The notes beneath the pieces were generated by a model. That model was given only the letters and a program-made list of their open reading frames with translations, had not been told where the DNA came from and did no database searches. 64,000 bases of DNA, from positions 7,012 to 71,011 of the forward strand of contig CAJULJ010000003.1 of the NCBI GenBank assembly GCA_910587395.1, in the 5' to 3' direction. Position 1 is the first letter of the stretch. Each line of letters begins with the position of its first letter. The translations under genes and the position numbers were made by a program. Origin of the DNA: an uncultured Oscillospiraceae bacterium (GTDB taxonomy: Bacteria > Bacillota > Clostridia > Oscillospirales > Oscillospiraceae). Shown here piece after piece: positions 49,343-58,770 of this stretch.

Positions 49343-49890
49343 AAGTCATCACCGGTCTTGCCAAAGGGCGGCGGCTGGAGGAGCTGCCCGGCCTGGATAC
49401 CCGGCCCACCACAGGCCGGGTGAAGGAGGGGCTGTTCAGCGCCATTCAGTTTGATATTGAGGGACGGCGGGTACTGGACTTGTTTGCGGGCACCGGCCAG
49501 CTGGGCATTGAGGCCCTGTCCCGAGGGGCGGCCTTCTGCGATTTTGTGGACAGCGCTCCCGCCGCGCTGAAGGTGGTGCGGCGAAACGTCAAAGCCTGCG
49601 GCTTTGAGGACCGCTCGGCCTGCCACGGCAAGGACTTCACCGCGTTTCTGAGCCGGAACCGGGAGAAGTATGGGCTGATGTTTCTGGACCCGCCCTATGC
49701 CTCTGGAAATCTGGAGCGGGCGTTGGAACTGATCAGCACGATTGACATTATGGTGGAAAATGGTATAATGGTGTGCGAAAGTCCGGCGGAGCATGTCCTG
49801 CCGGACCTCCCGGATCCCTACGAGAAGGGGCGGGAATACCGGTACGGCAAGATCAAATTCACTTTGTACCGCAGGAGGGCAAACCCATGA
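49339..49890 (+). CDS. rsmD: 16S rRNA m2G966 methyltransferase
   Basis: TRPT..RVKE.LF, LDLFAGTG, DPPY. Confidence 0.93.
   Translation: MKVITGLAKGRRLEELPGLDTRPTTGRVKEGLFSAIQFDIEGRRVLDLFAGTGQLGIEALSRGAAFCDFVDSAPAALKVVRRNVKACGFEDRSACHGKDFTAFLSRNREKYGLMFLDPPYASGNLERALELISTIDIMVENGIMVCESPAEHVLPDLPDPYEKGREYRYGKIKFTLYRRRANP
49742..49769 (+). promoter_or_regulatory. Internal sigma-A promoter inside rsmD, oriented to coaD
   Basis: TTGACA-16-TATAAT with TG extension. Confidence 0.7.
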
Positions 49891-50375
49891 GACGCGCCAT
49901 CTATCCCGGAAGCTTCGACCCGGTGACCCTGGGCCACCTGGACATCATCAAGCGGGCCGCCGCCATTTTTGACGAGCTGATCGTATGTGTCAGCGTGAAC
50001 TCCGCCAAGCCCTCGGGGCTGTTTTCCCCCCAGGAGCGGGTGGAGCTGATCCGGGCGGTGACGGAGGATCTGCCCAATGTGCAGGTGGACTGCTCCCAGG
50101 AGCTGGTGGCCGAATATGCCAAGAGCCACCGCGCCAGGGTGCTGGTGAAGGGTCTGCGGGCGGTGTCCGACTATGAGTCGGAGATTCAGATGGCCATGCT
50201 CAACGCCAAGCTGTATCCTAAGCTGGATACGGTGTTTCTCTATACCCGGCCCAAATATGCCTTCCTCAGCTCCACTGTGGTGAAGGAGCTGGCCCGGTAC
50301 GGCGCGGATTTGTCCGATTTTGTGCCCCGGCAGATCATTGACCGGGTGCGGGCCAAGGTGGCGGACGGCGTCTGA
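49887..50375 (+). CDS. coaD: Phosphopantetheine adenylyltransferase
   Basis: YPGSFDPVT.GH, KGLRAVSD, SSTVVKE. Confidence 0.95.
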   Translation: MRRAIYPGSFDPVTLGHLDIIKRAAAIFDELIVCVSVNSAKPSGLFSPQERVELIRAVTEDLPNVQVDCSQELVAEYAKSHRARVLVKGLRAVSDYESEIQMAMLNAKLYPKLDTVFLYTRPKYAFLSSTVVKELARYGADLSDFVPRQIIDRVRAKVADGV

Positions 50376-50424
50376 ATCAATGGGGGATAAGCGGATTTCA
50401 CATACTGAAAAGGAGAGATGACGC

Positions 50425-50952
50425 ATGGCGACAGCCGTGGATGAACTGCTGGATATGCTCTTTGATATGATTGATGAGGCGAAAAACGCTGCGTTCAGCA
50501 GCGATAAGTGCATAATCGACCGGGACAAGGCCTTGGATCTTATTGAGGACGCCAAAAAGCAGCTGCCGGTGGACCTGGCTGAGGCGCGGAAGATTCTCAA
50601 TGCCCGGAACGAATACCTGGCCGCCGCCAAGCGGGAGGCGGACGAGATCCGCAAGCGGGCGGAAATCGAGGCGAATCAGATGGTGAGCGACGCCCCGGTG
50701 ATGGCTCAGGCCCGTCAAAAGGCGCGGGAGATACTGTCCCACGCCGATGAAGAGGCCAAAAAGACCTGCCGGGAGACCAACGAGTACTGCGTGGACCTGC
50801 TGCGCCGCACGGAGGATGCTCTGGCTGCCGCCCACGCGGAGATGAGACAGGTGCACAACCAGTTCCGCTCCGGCATGGGGAGCGGCGGGTCCGGTGACCG
50901 GGACCGCTCCTCCGGGGGAAGCCGGATGTACGACGCTGAGGCGGACGGGTGA
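50425..50952 (+). CDS. Conserved coiled-coil hypothetical protein downstream of coaD
   Basis: ELLD.L...I..A..ID..LP..L.EA pattern, good RBS. Confidence 0.75.
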   Translation: MATAVDELLDMLFDMIDEAKNAAFSSDKCIIDRDKALDLIEDAKKQLPVDLAEARKILNARNEYLAAAKREADEIRKRAEIEANQMVSDAPVMAQARQKAREILSHADEEAKKTCRETNEYCVDLLRRTEDALAAAHAEMRQVHNQFRSGMGSGGSGDRDRSSGGSRMYDAEADG

Positions 50953-50992
50953 GGACCGGCTTGATAAAAAGAGTATAATTTTGGACAGAGAC

Positions 50993-51023
50993 CCCGCCGC
51001 AGGAGACTGCGGCGGGATTTTTT
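50993..51023 (+). terminator. Intrinsic terminator
   Basis: CCCGCCGCAG-GAGA-CTGCGGCGGG-ATTTTTT. Confidence 0.8.
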
Positions 51024-51159
51024 CTGCCCTGAACAAGATGTTGGGGGGAGCTTTTTTAAAACCCAGCGGGCAGTATATGCAGTCTGCAAACGAATGACTG
51101 TTCGATTAAAATTCGACGGTTGACCCCATAAAATGGGCGATTTCACCGAAAAAAAGTTC

Positions 51160-51214
51160 TTGCATTTTATGGGAGGCTACGGTATACTGAAAGTCGTAGT
51201 GGAGTGAAATGGAG
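51160..51214 (+). promoter_or_regulatory. dcw promoter with putative MraZ-binding direct repeats
   Basis: TTGCAT-17-TATACT; GTGGAG (51199) and ATGGAG (51209) at 10-nt spacing. Confidence 0.6.
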
Positions 51215-51253
51215 TAAATTTGCTATAACTAGGAGGAGAATGGAGGGAACAGG

Positions 51254-51670
51254 ATGACCGGCACTTATGAGCACAGCATCGATAACGCCGGCCGCCTCAT
51301 CGTGCCCTCCAAGCTGCGGGACAAGCTGGGCTCCACTTTCTATCTGGCGGTGGGGGTGAAGGAGAACCTGACCCTGTATCCCCTGGAGACCTGGGACAAG
51401 CTGCGCGCCAGGGTGTCCGAGCTGTCCACCACCGACGCGTCCTCCATGGACCTGTTCTTCGCCTCCGCCCAGCTGTGTGAGGCGGACAAGCAGTGGCGGT
51501 TTCAAATTCCCTCCTACCTGAAGGACTACGCCAAGATCGACCGGGATGTGGTCGTCACCGGCAACAACGACCGGGCGCAGATCTGGAGCGCGGACAACTG
51601 GAGGGCCAAGACGCAGCAGCAGCTGAATCCCGAAACCATCGCCAATCTGATGAAGAATCTGGGGATTTGA
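51254..51670 (+). CDS. mraZ: Transcriptional regulator MraZ
   Basis: G.YEHSID..GRL.VP, second D...R..IP motif. Confidence 0.92.
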   Translation: MTGTYEHSIDNAGRLIVPSKLRDKLGSTFYLAVGVKENLTLYPLETWDKLRARVSELSTTDASSMDLFFASAQLCEADKQWRFQIPSYLKDYAKIDRDVVVTGNNDRAQIWSADNWRAKTQQQLNPETIANLMKNLGI

Positions 51671-51671
51671 C

Positions 51672-52604
51672 ATGGAGTACACCCATAAGCCGGTGCTTTT
51701 GAAGGAGTGCCTGGGCGGTCTGAACATCAAAGCGGGCGGAATTTATGTGGACGGCACCTTGGGAAGGGCGGGGCACTCGCTGGAGATTGTGAAACGCCTG
51801 ACCACCGGGCGGCTCATCGCCATTGACCGGGACAAGGCCGCTTTGGACGCCGCTCCCGCACGACTGGAGGGCCACATGGACAAGGTGACTCTGGTGCGGG
51901 GGAACTTCGGCGATTTGACGAATATCCTGGCCTCGCTGAATGTGGGCGGGGTGGACGGGATGCTGTTCGACCTGGGGGTGTCCTCTCCCCAGCTGGACGA
52001 CGGGAGCCGGGGATTTTCCTACCTCCAGGACGCTCCATTGGACATGCGCATGGACCAGTCCGCGCCCCTCACGGCCAGAGACGTGGTGAACGGCTGGAGT
52101 CGGGAGGAGCTGAAGCGCATCCTCTGGCAGTATGGCGAGGAGCGCTATTCCGGGCCCATCGCCGCCGCCATTGTCCGGGAGCGGGAGAAGGCCCCCATTG
52201 AGACCACCGGCCAGCTGGCGGAGCTGGTCCGGAGCGCCATGCCGGCCAAGGCGCGCCGCGAGAAGCAGCACCCGGCGAAACGGTCCTTTCAGGCCATCCG
52301 CATCGCGGTGAATGATGAGCTGGGCGAGGTGGAGCGGCTGCTGCCGGCGGCGCTGGGCGCCTTGAACGCCGGGGGCCGACTGGCGGTCATCTCCTTCCAC
52401 TCGCTGGAGGACCGGCTGGTCAAGACCTTTTACGCCGACTGGGCGAAGGGCTGCACCTGCCCGCCGGATTTCCCGGTGTGTGTGTGCGGCAGGAAGCCGA
52501 AGGTGAAGCTGGTGGGCAAACGGCCCATCGTGGCTGACGAGGCGGAGCTGAACGAGAATCCCCGCGCCCGCAGCGCCAAGCTGCGCGTGGCAGAGAAGGT
52601 GTAA
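51672..52604 (+). CDS. rsmH: 16S rRNA m4C1402 methyltransferase
   Basis: HKPVLL, DLGVSSPQLD, FHSLEDR, NPRARSAKLR. Confidence 0.96.
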   Translation: MEYTHKPVLLKECLGGLNIKAGGIYVDGTLGRAGHSLEIVKRLTTGRLIAIDRDKAALDAAPARLEGHMDKVTLVRGNFGDLTNILASLNVGGVDGMLFDLGVSSPQLDDGSRGFSYLQDAPLDMRMDQSAPLTARDVVNGWSREELKRILWQYGEERYSGPIAAAIVREREKAPIETTGQLAELVRSAMPAKARREKQHPAKRSFQAIRIAVNDELGEVERLLPAALGALNAGGRLAVISFHSLEDRLVKTFYADWAKGCTCPPDFPVCVCGRKPKVKLVGKRPIVADEAELNENPRARSAKLRVAEKV

Positions 52605-52661
52605 CCCTGACCCTGCGGACAGCAAAGTGGGGTGTGGACGAAGTACGAAGGAGAATACCCT

Positions 52662-53234
52662 ATGGCGACTGAGCGCAGGAACGACATGAGAAGATACCGC
52701 ACCTACGGCAGCGCGGCCTACCAGCCCGAGTTCGAGCAGGAGCCGCTTCAAAAGCCCTCCCGCCGTCAGGTGTCGGGCAATACCGTCCGCCGCCCGGAGC
52801 CCCGCCGCCGTCCTCAGGCACAGCCCCGCAGGCGTCCGGCGGTACGGCCCAACATCCAGGTGCGGCCCCAGAGCGCCGTGGCGCCCTTTACTGTGGTGGG
52901 GCTGTTTGTGGTGCTGGCCTGCGCGTGGCTGCTGGTGGTGAGCAGCGCTCAGCTGGCGGTGGCCAACAACGACATCGTGGAGCTTCGGTCCCAGCTGGCC
53001 GACCTCCAGGACGAAAACCGGAACCTCCAGACCAAGTACGAGCTGGTGTATGATCTGGAGGCGATTGAAAAACAGTTTTTGTCCGACGGCAGCATGATCC
53101 ACCCAGGCGCGGGACAGACGGTGTACCTGGATCTGTCCGGGGGGGACAGCGTGGTGTACTACGACGGCGCGGGGAACGGCCTGTCCGGCCTGCTCCAGTG
53201 GGCGGAACAGTTTTTCGCCGATCTGCTGTCATAA
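52662..53234 (+). CDS. FtsL-like cell division protein
   Basis: Basic cytoplasmic N-terminus, single TM, leucine-zipper coiled coil; between rsmH and the PBP. Confidence 0.65.
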   Translation: MATERRNDMRRYRTYGSAAYQPEFEQEPLQKPSRRQVSGNTVRRPEPRRRPQAQPRRRPAVRPNIQVRPQSAVAPFTVVGLFVVLACAWLLVVSSAQLAVANNDIVELRSQLADLQDENRNLQTKYELVYDLEAIEKQFLSDGSMIHPGAGQTVYLDLSGGDSVVYYDGAGNGLSGLLQWAEQFFADLLS

Positions 53235-53258
53235 GCGGCCGGCCCCGGCACATACATT
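53229..53258 (+). promoter_or_regulatory. sigma-E-like promoter upstream of the PBP
   Basis: TCATA-17-CATACATT. Confidence 0.5.
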
Positions 53259-53342
53259 GACCCATAGAGAGACAAGAGGGGCGTGAGGAACGCACAGAGT
53301 TCCCGCGCCCCTCTCCCAATCCAAGAAATGGAGCGAAGCGCA

Positions 53343-55772
53343 ATGCAAGATCCTAACCGCAAGCCCCGCCGCTCGGAGGGCAAAAATAACCGCAGCCTGT
53401 TCCGGCGCACCATTTTCTTGATGGTGGTGCTGGGCATCGGCATGTTTCTCCCGCTGATCGCCCAGCTTTACAAGCTCCAGATCGTGGAGCACCTGGAGTG
53501 GGAGGAGCGGGCCGCCAACCAGCAGACCAAAAGCGTGTCCGTGGCCGCCAACCGGGGTACCATTTACGACCGGGAGGGCCGGGCCCTGGCCATGTCCGCC
53601 ACGGTTTACAAGCTGATTTTGTCCCCCATGGGGGTATACAACGCCGTCAACAAGGATAAGGAAAAGAAGTATGTAGACAAGGAAGGCGATTTTGACGAGG
53701 CGGCCTATGAGAAGGCCCTGTATGACATGCGCAAGACCATCGTGGACGGCATCGTGGACCTGTTTGATTACGATGAGGAGCGGCTGTGGGCCCGCATCGA
53801 GCGCATCAGCTCCGGCTACGAAGTGCTGTACTACGAGCTGGAGGAGGAGGACGCGGAGAAGGCCCGGCAGTTTATCAGTGAGAAGAAGCTGTCCGCCGGA
53901 CTCCAGCTCACCCCCAGCAGCAAGCGGTACTATCCCTATTCCTCCATCGGCTCCCACATCCTGGGCTATATGGGCCAGACGGAGACCAGCGGTGACAACA
54001 AGGTGGGGAAGGCGGGCATTGAGCTGGGCTATGAGGATGTGCTGTCCGGTGAGCTGGGGAAGGTGGTCACCTCCCAGAACGGCTGGGGCGCGGAGATGCT
54101 CTCCGGCTACGAGATGTATTTCGAGGCCCAGAACGGCTATGACACCACGCTGACTGTGGACGAGCGCATTCAGGCCATGCTGGAGCAGACCCTGGCGGAG
54201 GGCATCGAGACCTACGACGTGCAGGACGGCGCCTTCGGCATTGTCATGAACCCTCAGACCGGGGCGGTGCTGGCCATGGCCAGCAGTCCGGACTTCGACC
54301 CCAACGACTGGAACAGCATTCTCAGCGACGACCTCCAGGCCGAGATCGACCAGGTGAAAGCGGAGAAGGGGGACGAGGCGGCCGACGCCGCCTGGAAAGA
54401 GGCGTGGGAAACACAGATGATTAACCGCGCCCTGTCCGAGGCCTACGAGCCGGGGTCGGTGTTCAAGCCCATCACCGTGGCCATGGCCCTGGAGGAGGGC
54501 ATCATCTCCATGGACGACCACTTTCAGTGCGGCGGCTCTTACCAGCAGAGCGGCTGGCCCAAGCCCATCCGGTGCCACAAAAGGAGCGGCCACGGCGACC
54601 AGGACCTGACCAAGGCCGTGGGCAACTCCTGTAACGTGGCCCTGATGACCATCGCCGAGCGGATGGGCCCGGACATCATGTGGAAGTATTTCGAGGACTT
54701 CGGTCTGTTCGACTACACTGGCATCGACCTGGCGGGAGAGGGTGACGAAGTGTTCTGGGCGGAGAGCACATTCAAAGGCCCCACCGGGAGCCAGTCGGTG
54801 GCCACCAGCTCCTTTGGGCAGCGCTTCAAAGTCACCCCCATCCAGATGATCACCGCCTTCGCCGCCGTCATCAACGGCGGGCATCTGCTGGAGCCCTACG
54901 TGGTGCAGTCCATCAGCGACCAGGACGGCAACACCGTGTTCTACCATGAGACCCAGGAGGTGCGGCAGGTCATCAGCGAGTCCACCTCCGACAAGGTCCG
55001 GGGCATTCTGGAGAGCGTGGTTGCCAACGATTCCGGCCACAACGCCTCCCAGAGCGGCTACCGCATCGGCGGCAAGACGGGCACCTCCGAACTGCTGGAC
55101 CGGGAGAATGAGCCGGACTACGACAAAGACGTCATGTGTTCCTTTATGGGCTTTGCCCCGGCGGACAATCCCCAGGTGCTGGTGCTGGTGGTGTACGACA
55201 CCCCCAAGCGCGCCACGCCGGGTTCCAGCTACACCGCCAATGAGACCTACATCAGCGGCGGCAATATCGCGGCTCCCATGGCGGGGGCGCTCATCGCCGA
55301 TATCCTGGACTACATCGGTATTGAAAAACAGTATTCCGGCGACGAGCTGGCGGGCGCGGACACTCCGATGCCCTACGTGGTGGGCAGAGAGCTGACCGTG
55401 GCCAAGGGAGCGCTGCAAGACCAGGGCTTCGAGTGCCGCACCGTGGGCACGGGCAGCATCGTCACCCATCAGGTGCCCTCCGCCGGCGTGTCCATCCCCG
55501 GCGGGTCCAACGTGATCCTGTATCTGGGTGACGAGACGCCCGAGGCACAGGTGGAGACGCCAGACCTGTCCGGCCTGAGCCCCACGGCGGCAAAAATCAA
55601 GCTGGAGCAGCAGGGGCTGTTCATGCGGGCCACCGGTGTGGTGGATTATACGGACTCCTCTGTGGTGATGGCCGCCCAATCGGTGGACGCCGGGACCATG
55701 GTGTCCCCCGGTACGGTGGTGGAAGTACGATTTGTGAGTAATATCGAATATGGCGACCAGGGCGGATTATAG
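53343..55772 (+). CDS. Class B penicillin-binding protein (SpoVD/FtsI-like) with two PASTA domains
   Basis: RGTIYDR, SVFK (SxxK), SCN, KTG; C-terminal PASTA repeats. Confidence 0.92.
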   Translation: MQDPNRKPRRSEGKNNRSLFRRTIFLMVVLGIGMFLPLIAQLYKLQIVEHLEWEERAANQQTKSVSVAANRGTIYDREGRALAMSATVYKLILSPMGVYNAVNKDKEKKYVDKEGDFDEAAYEKALYDMRKTIVDGIVDLFDYDEERLWARIERISSGYEVLYYELEEEDAEKARQFISEKKLSAGLQLTPSSKRYYPYSSIGSHILGYMGQTETSGDNKVGKAGIELGYEDVLSGELGKVVTSQNGWGAEMLSGYEMYFEAQNGYDTTLTVDERIQAMLEQTLAEGIETYDVQDGAFGIVMNPQTGAVLAMASSPDFDPNDWNSILSDDLQAEIDQVKAEKGDEAADAAWKEAWETQMINRALSEAYEPGSVFKPITVAMALEEGIISMDDHFQCGGSYQQSGWPKPIRCHKRSGHGDQDLTKAVGNSCNVALMTIAERMGPDIMWKYFEDFGLFDYTGIDLAGEGDEVFWAESTFKGPTGSQSVATSSFGQRFKVTPIQMITAFAAVINGGHLLEPYVVQSISDQDGNTVFYHETQEVRQVISESTSDKVRGILESVVANDSGHNASQSGYRIGGKTGTSELLDRENEPDYDKDVMCSFMGFAPADNPQVLVLVVYDTPKRATPGSSYTANETYISGGNIAAPMAGALIADILDYIGIEKQYSGDELAGADTPMPYVVGRELTVAKGALQDQGFECRTVGTGSIVTHQVPSAGVSIPGGSNVILYLGDETPEAQVETPDLSGLSPTAAKIKLEQQGLFMRATGVVDYTDSSVVMAAQSVDAGTMVSPGTVVEVRFVSNIEYGDQGGL

Positions 55773-55792
55773 CGCCCCGAATGGTGTGGAAT

Positions 55793-56320
55793 ATGGCGAG
55801 CATCCACAGTAAAACAGAAGCTCCCGTGGCCGTGGTGGGCCGAGGAGGGACCATTACCGCCGGACTGCTGCGCAGACTGCTGCCCGGGCCGGTGGTGGAG
55901 CTGACTCCCTGCCAGGCGGCGCTGTATGAGGGGCGCTGCCGGGCGGTGGTGGTGGAGAACTTCGACCCCGCCGCCCAGAGAACCCTCAGCAGCTGCGCCG
56001 CGGCCCGGTGGGCGCTGTCCCGGTGGTCCGGCGTCACGGTGGTGGGGCTGGACGACCCGGAGGGCAGGCGCTTTGCCGGGGCTATGCCGGGGGCGGTGTA
56101 TGCCTACTCCGACGGGCGGCCCCAGGCGGACCTGACGGCGAAAAACGTCCGGCTCCGGGGAAAGCGGCTGGAATTTGTGGCCCTCGCCCAAGGGGAATTG
56201 GCACGGGTGCGGGTGCCTGCGGGGGAGAGGCCCAGGCTGTACGACCATCTGGCGGCGCTGGCGGGAGCGCTGGCGCTGGGTGTGCCGCTGGACGACGCGG
56301 CGGCAAAGCTGAGCATGTAA
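55793..56320 (+). CDS. Degenerate Mur-ligase middle-domain-only protein
   Basis: Order of degenerate motifs matches the MurE central domain; start could be 55781. Confidence 0.55.
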   Translation: MASIHSKTEAPVAVVGRGGTITAGLLRRLLPGPVVELTPCQAALYEGRCRAVVVENFDPAAQRTLSSCAAARWALSRWSGVTVVGLDDPEGRRFAGAMPGAVYAYSDGRPQADLTAKNVRLRGKRLEFVALAQGELARVRVPAGERPRLYDHLAALAGALALGVPLDDAAAKLSM

Positions 56321-56363
56321 GAAAGAGCGAGGGAATACAAAAGAGAGTGTGGAGGAGAAGCTT

Positions 56364-57353
56364 ATGGTACGGATACTGCTGGCGGCGCTGACCGCCTTCG
56401 TGATCTCGGCGGCGGTGGGATGGTTCCTGATCCCCGCGCTGCGGGCCCTGCACGCGGGTCAGTCCATCAAGGAGATCGGACCCAACTGGCACAAGAATAA
56501 GGAAGGCACCCCCACCATGGGCGGCATCATGTTTATCATCGCGGTGATTGTGGTGGTGTTCGCCTTCGGCTGGCGGGACATGGCGGAGGGAAACTGGCAG
56601 GCGCTGTTCGTGCTGGGCTTTTCCCTGGTGTGCGGAGCCATCGGCTTTGTGGACGACTTTGCCAAGATCCGCAAGCATGAGAACACCGGCCTGACCGCCG
56701 GGTGGAAGTTCCTGCTCCAGCTGGCGGCGGCCATCGCGTTTCTGGCGCTGCTGCGCTGGAGCCGCCACCTGGCGCCCAACCTGTATATCCCCTTTGTCAA
56801 CGTGTCCGTGCCTCTGCCCTGGGGGGTGTATCTGGTGTTCGCCGCCTTTGTGATGGTGGGCTGTGTCAATGCGGTCAATCTGACCGACGGCCTGGACGGT
56901 CTGGCCGGGTCGGTGACGCTGGCGGTGTCGGTGTTTTTTGCCGCGCTGTCCCAGTGGTGGAGCTATGGCGCGGTGGGCATCCTCGCCGGGGCGCTGGCAG
57001 GGGGGCTGCTGGGCTTCCTGGTGTACAATTTCCACCCCGCCAAGGTGTTCATGGGTGATACCGGCTCTCTGTTTCTGGGCGGCGCGGTGTGCGGCATGGC
57101 GTTCGCTCTGGACGCGCCGCTGGTGCTGGTGCCGGTGGGCATTATCTATATCGCCGAGACCATGAGCGACATCATCCAGGTGGGCTACTTCAAGCTGACC
57201 CACGGCAAGCGGATTTTCCGCATGGCCCCCCTCCATCACCATCTGGAGCTTGGGGGGTGGAGCGAGGTGCGCATTGTGCTCACCTTCACGGGCATTACGG
57301 TGGCGTTCTGCCTGCTGGCGTTCGTGGGTGTGATGTACCGGTATGCGATATAA
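56364..57353 (+). CDS. mraY: Phospho-N-acetylmuramoyl-pentapeptide transferase
   Basis: KEGTPTMGG, GFVDD, NLTDGLDGL, FMGDTGS, MAPLHHH. Confidence 0.96.
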   Translation: MVRILLAALTAFVISAAVGWFLIPALRALHAGQSIKEIGPNWHKNKEGTPTMGGIMFIIAVIVVVFAFGWRDMAEGNWQALFVLGFSLVCGAIGFVDDFAKIRKHENTGLTAGWKFLLQLAAAIAFLALLRWSRHLAPNLYIPFVNVSVPLPWGVYLVFAAFVMVGCVNAVNLTDGLDGLAGSVTLAVSVFFAALSQWWSYGAVGILAGALAGGLLGFLVYNFHPAKVFMGDTGSLFLGGAVCGMAFALDAPLVLVPVGIIYIAETMSDIIQVGYFKLTHGKRIFRMAPLHHHLELGGWSEVRIVLTFTGITVAFCLLAFVGVMYRYAI

Positions 57354-57526
57354 GCGCGGAGCCGTTACGCGCGCGGATGGAATCCAAAAAGGCGGCGCGG
57401 GCCGCCCCCAAACCGGAGCTCAGTGAAATGGGTCCGGCTTGGAGAGGGAGAGCGGCCGGATGAGTGAGCTTTTGCCGCGGGCGGAAGCGAAGGATATGGA
57501 GCTCTGACGAGAGGAGGGAGAGACCC

Positions 57527-58759
57527 ATGGCCAGAAAAGCAAAGCGGGACCTGACCATCGAACAGCAGCTGGCCAGGGGGCCCATCGACCTGCCCTTTCT
57601 GGCGCTGGTGATGCTGCTCACCGCCATCGGGCTTATTATGGTGCTGTCCGCCTCCTACGCCTCCGCCATGTATAATTTGACGCCCAACGTGACCAACACC
57701 GGGGGGGACCCGCTGTACTATTTCAAACGGCAGTTTGGCTTTGCCCTGCTGGGGCTGGGAGCCATGGTGGTGATCTCCAAAATCGACTACCAGCACTTCC
57801 GCTGGATGTCCGTTTTCGCGCTGGGGGCGTCCATTGTGCTGATGCTGCTGGTGTTTGTGCCCGGCTTTGGACGGTCCGGCGGCGGCGCCCAGCGCTGGGT
57901 CAACATTTTCGGCATCCGGTTTCAGCCCTCGGAGATCGCCAAGGTGGGCGTCATCATGTTCTTTTCCGCCGGCCTGTCCAAGCGGAGCAGCCAGCTTGGC
58001 CCGCCGAAAAAGTGGAGCAAGCGCACCTTCACGGGCCGGATGGCGGCGCGGATGGACCGCATCGGCCTGCTGGAGCTGATTCCTTATGGCGTGGTGCTGG
58101 TGGTGGTGCTGGGCATCATCGCCCTTCAGCACCATATGTCCGGTATGATCCTGATCGTGGTGGCGGCGGCCTCGGTGCTGTTTGCCTCCGGCATCTCGCT
58201 GGGCTGGTTTGCCGCCGGAGGAACGCTGGTTGCCGGGGCGCTGCTCTGGATCATTACCAAAACCGAGTATATGACGGCCCGCATTGATATTTGGCAGGAC
58301 CCCTTTAAGGACCCCAGAGGGGACGGATTTCAGCCCATTCAATCCATGACCTCCATCGGCTCCGGCGGCCTGCTGGGGGTGGGCCTGGGCAACAGCAGGC
58401 AGAAATATCTGTTCCTGCCCGAGGAACACAACGATTACATCTTCGCCATCGTGTGCGAGGAGCTGGGCATGGTGGGGGCCTGCGTGATCATGGCGCTGTT
58501 CGCCCTGCTTATCATCCGGGGCTATTGGCTGGCGCTCCACGCGAGGGACCGGTTCGGGACGCTGCTTCTGGTGGGCATCACCTCGCTGATGGCCTTCCAG
58601 GTATTTTTCAACATCGGCGTGGTCACCAATTTTCTGCCCCCCACGGGCATCTCGCTGCCGTTTTTCAGCTATGGCGGCACGGCCCTGGCCATTCAGCTGG
58701 GGGAGATGGGCATGGTGCTCAGCGTATCCAGGCAGATCGCCGCGCCCAAGGCGGAGTAG
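57527..58759 (+). CDS. ftsW: SEDS peptidoglycan glycosyltransferase
   Basis: GAQRW, FQPSEIAK, LPEEHNDYIF, LPFFSYGGT. Confidence 0.9.
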   Translation: MARKAKRDLTIEQQLARGPIDLPFLALVMLLTAIGLIMVLSASYASAMYNLTPNVTNTGGDPLYYFKRQFGFALLGLGAMVVISKIDYQHFRWMSVFALGASIVLMLLVFVPGFGRSGGGAQRWVNIFGIRFQPSEIAKVGVIMFFSAGLSKRSSQLGPPKKWSKRTFTGRMAARMDRIGLLELIPYGVVLVVVLGIIALQHHMSGMILIVVAAASVLFASGISLGWFAAGGTLVAGALLWIITKTEYMTARIDIWQDPFKDPRGDGFQPIQSMTSIGSGGLLGVGLGNSRQKYLFLPEEHNDYIFAIVCEELGMVGACVIMALFALLIIRGYWLALHARDRFGTLLLVGITSLMAFQVFFNIGVVTNFLPPTGISLPFFSYGGTALAIQLGEMGMVLSVSRQIAAPKAE

Positions 58760-58770
58760 GAGGACGGGCT

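Noticed and set aside
50961..50979. TTGATA..TATAAT before a terminator as an sRNA promoter
   Set aside because: Only 7 nt between the hexamers and the product would be very short
53229..55679. 816-aa minus-strand ORF and similar antisense ORFs over rpoD, mutS2 and uvrC
   Set aside because: Antisense shadows of well-supported genes
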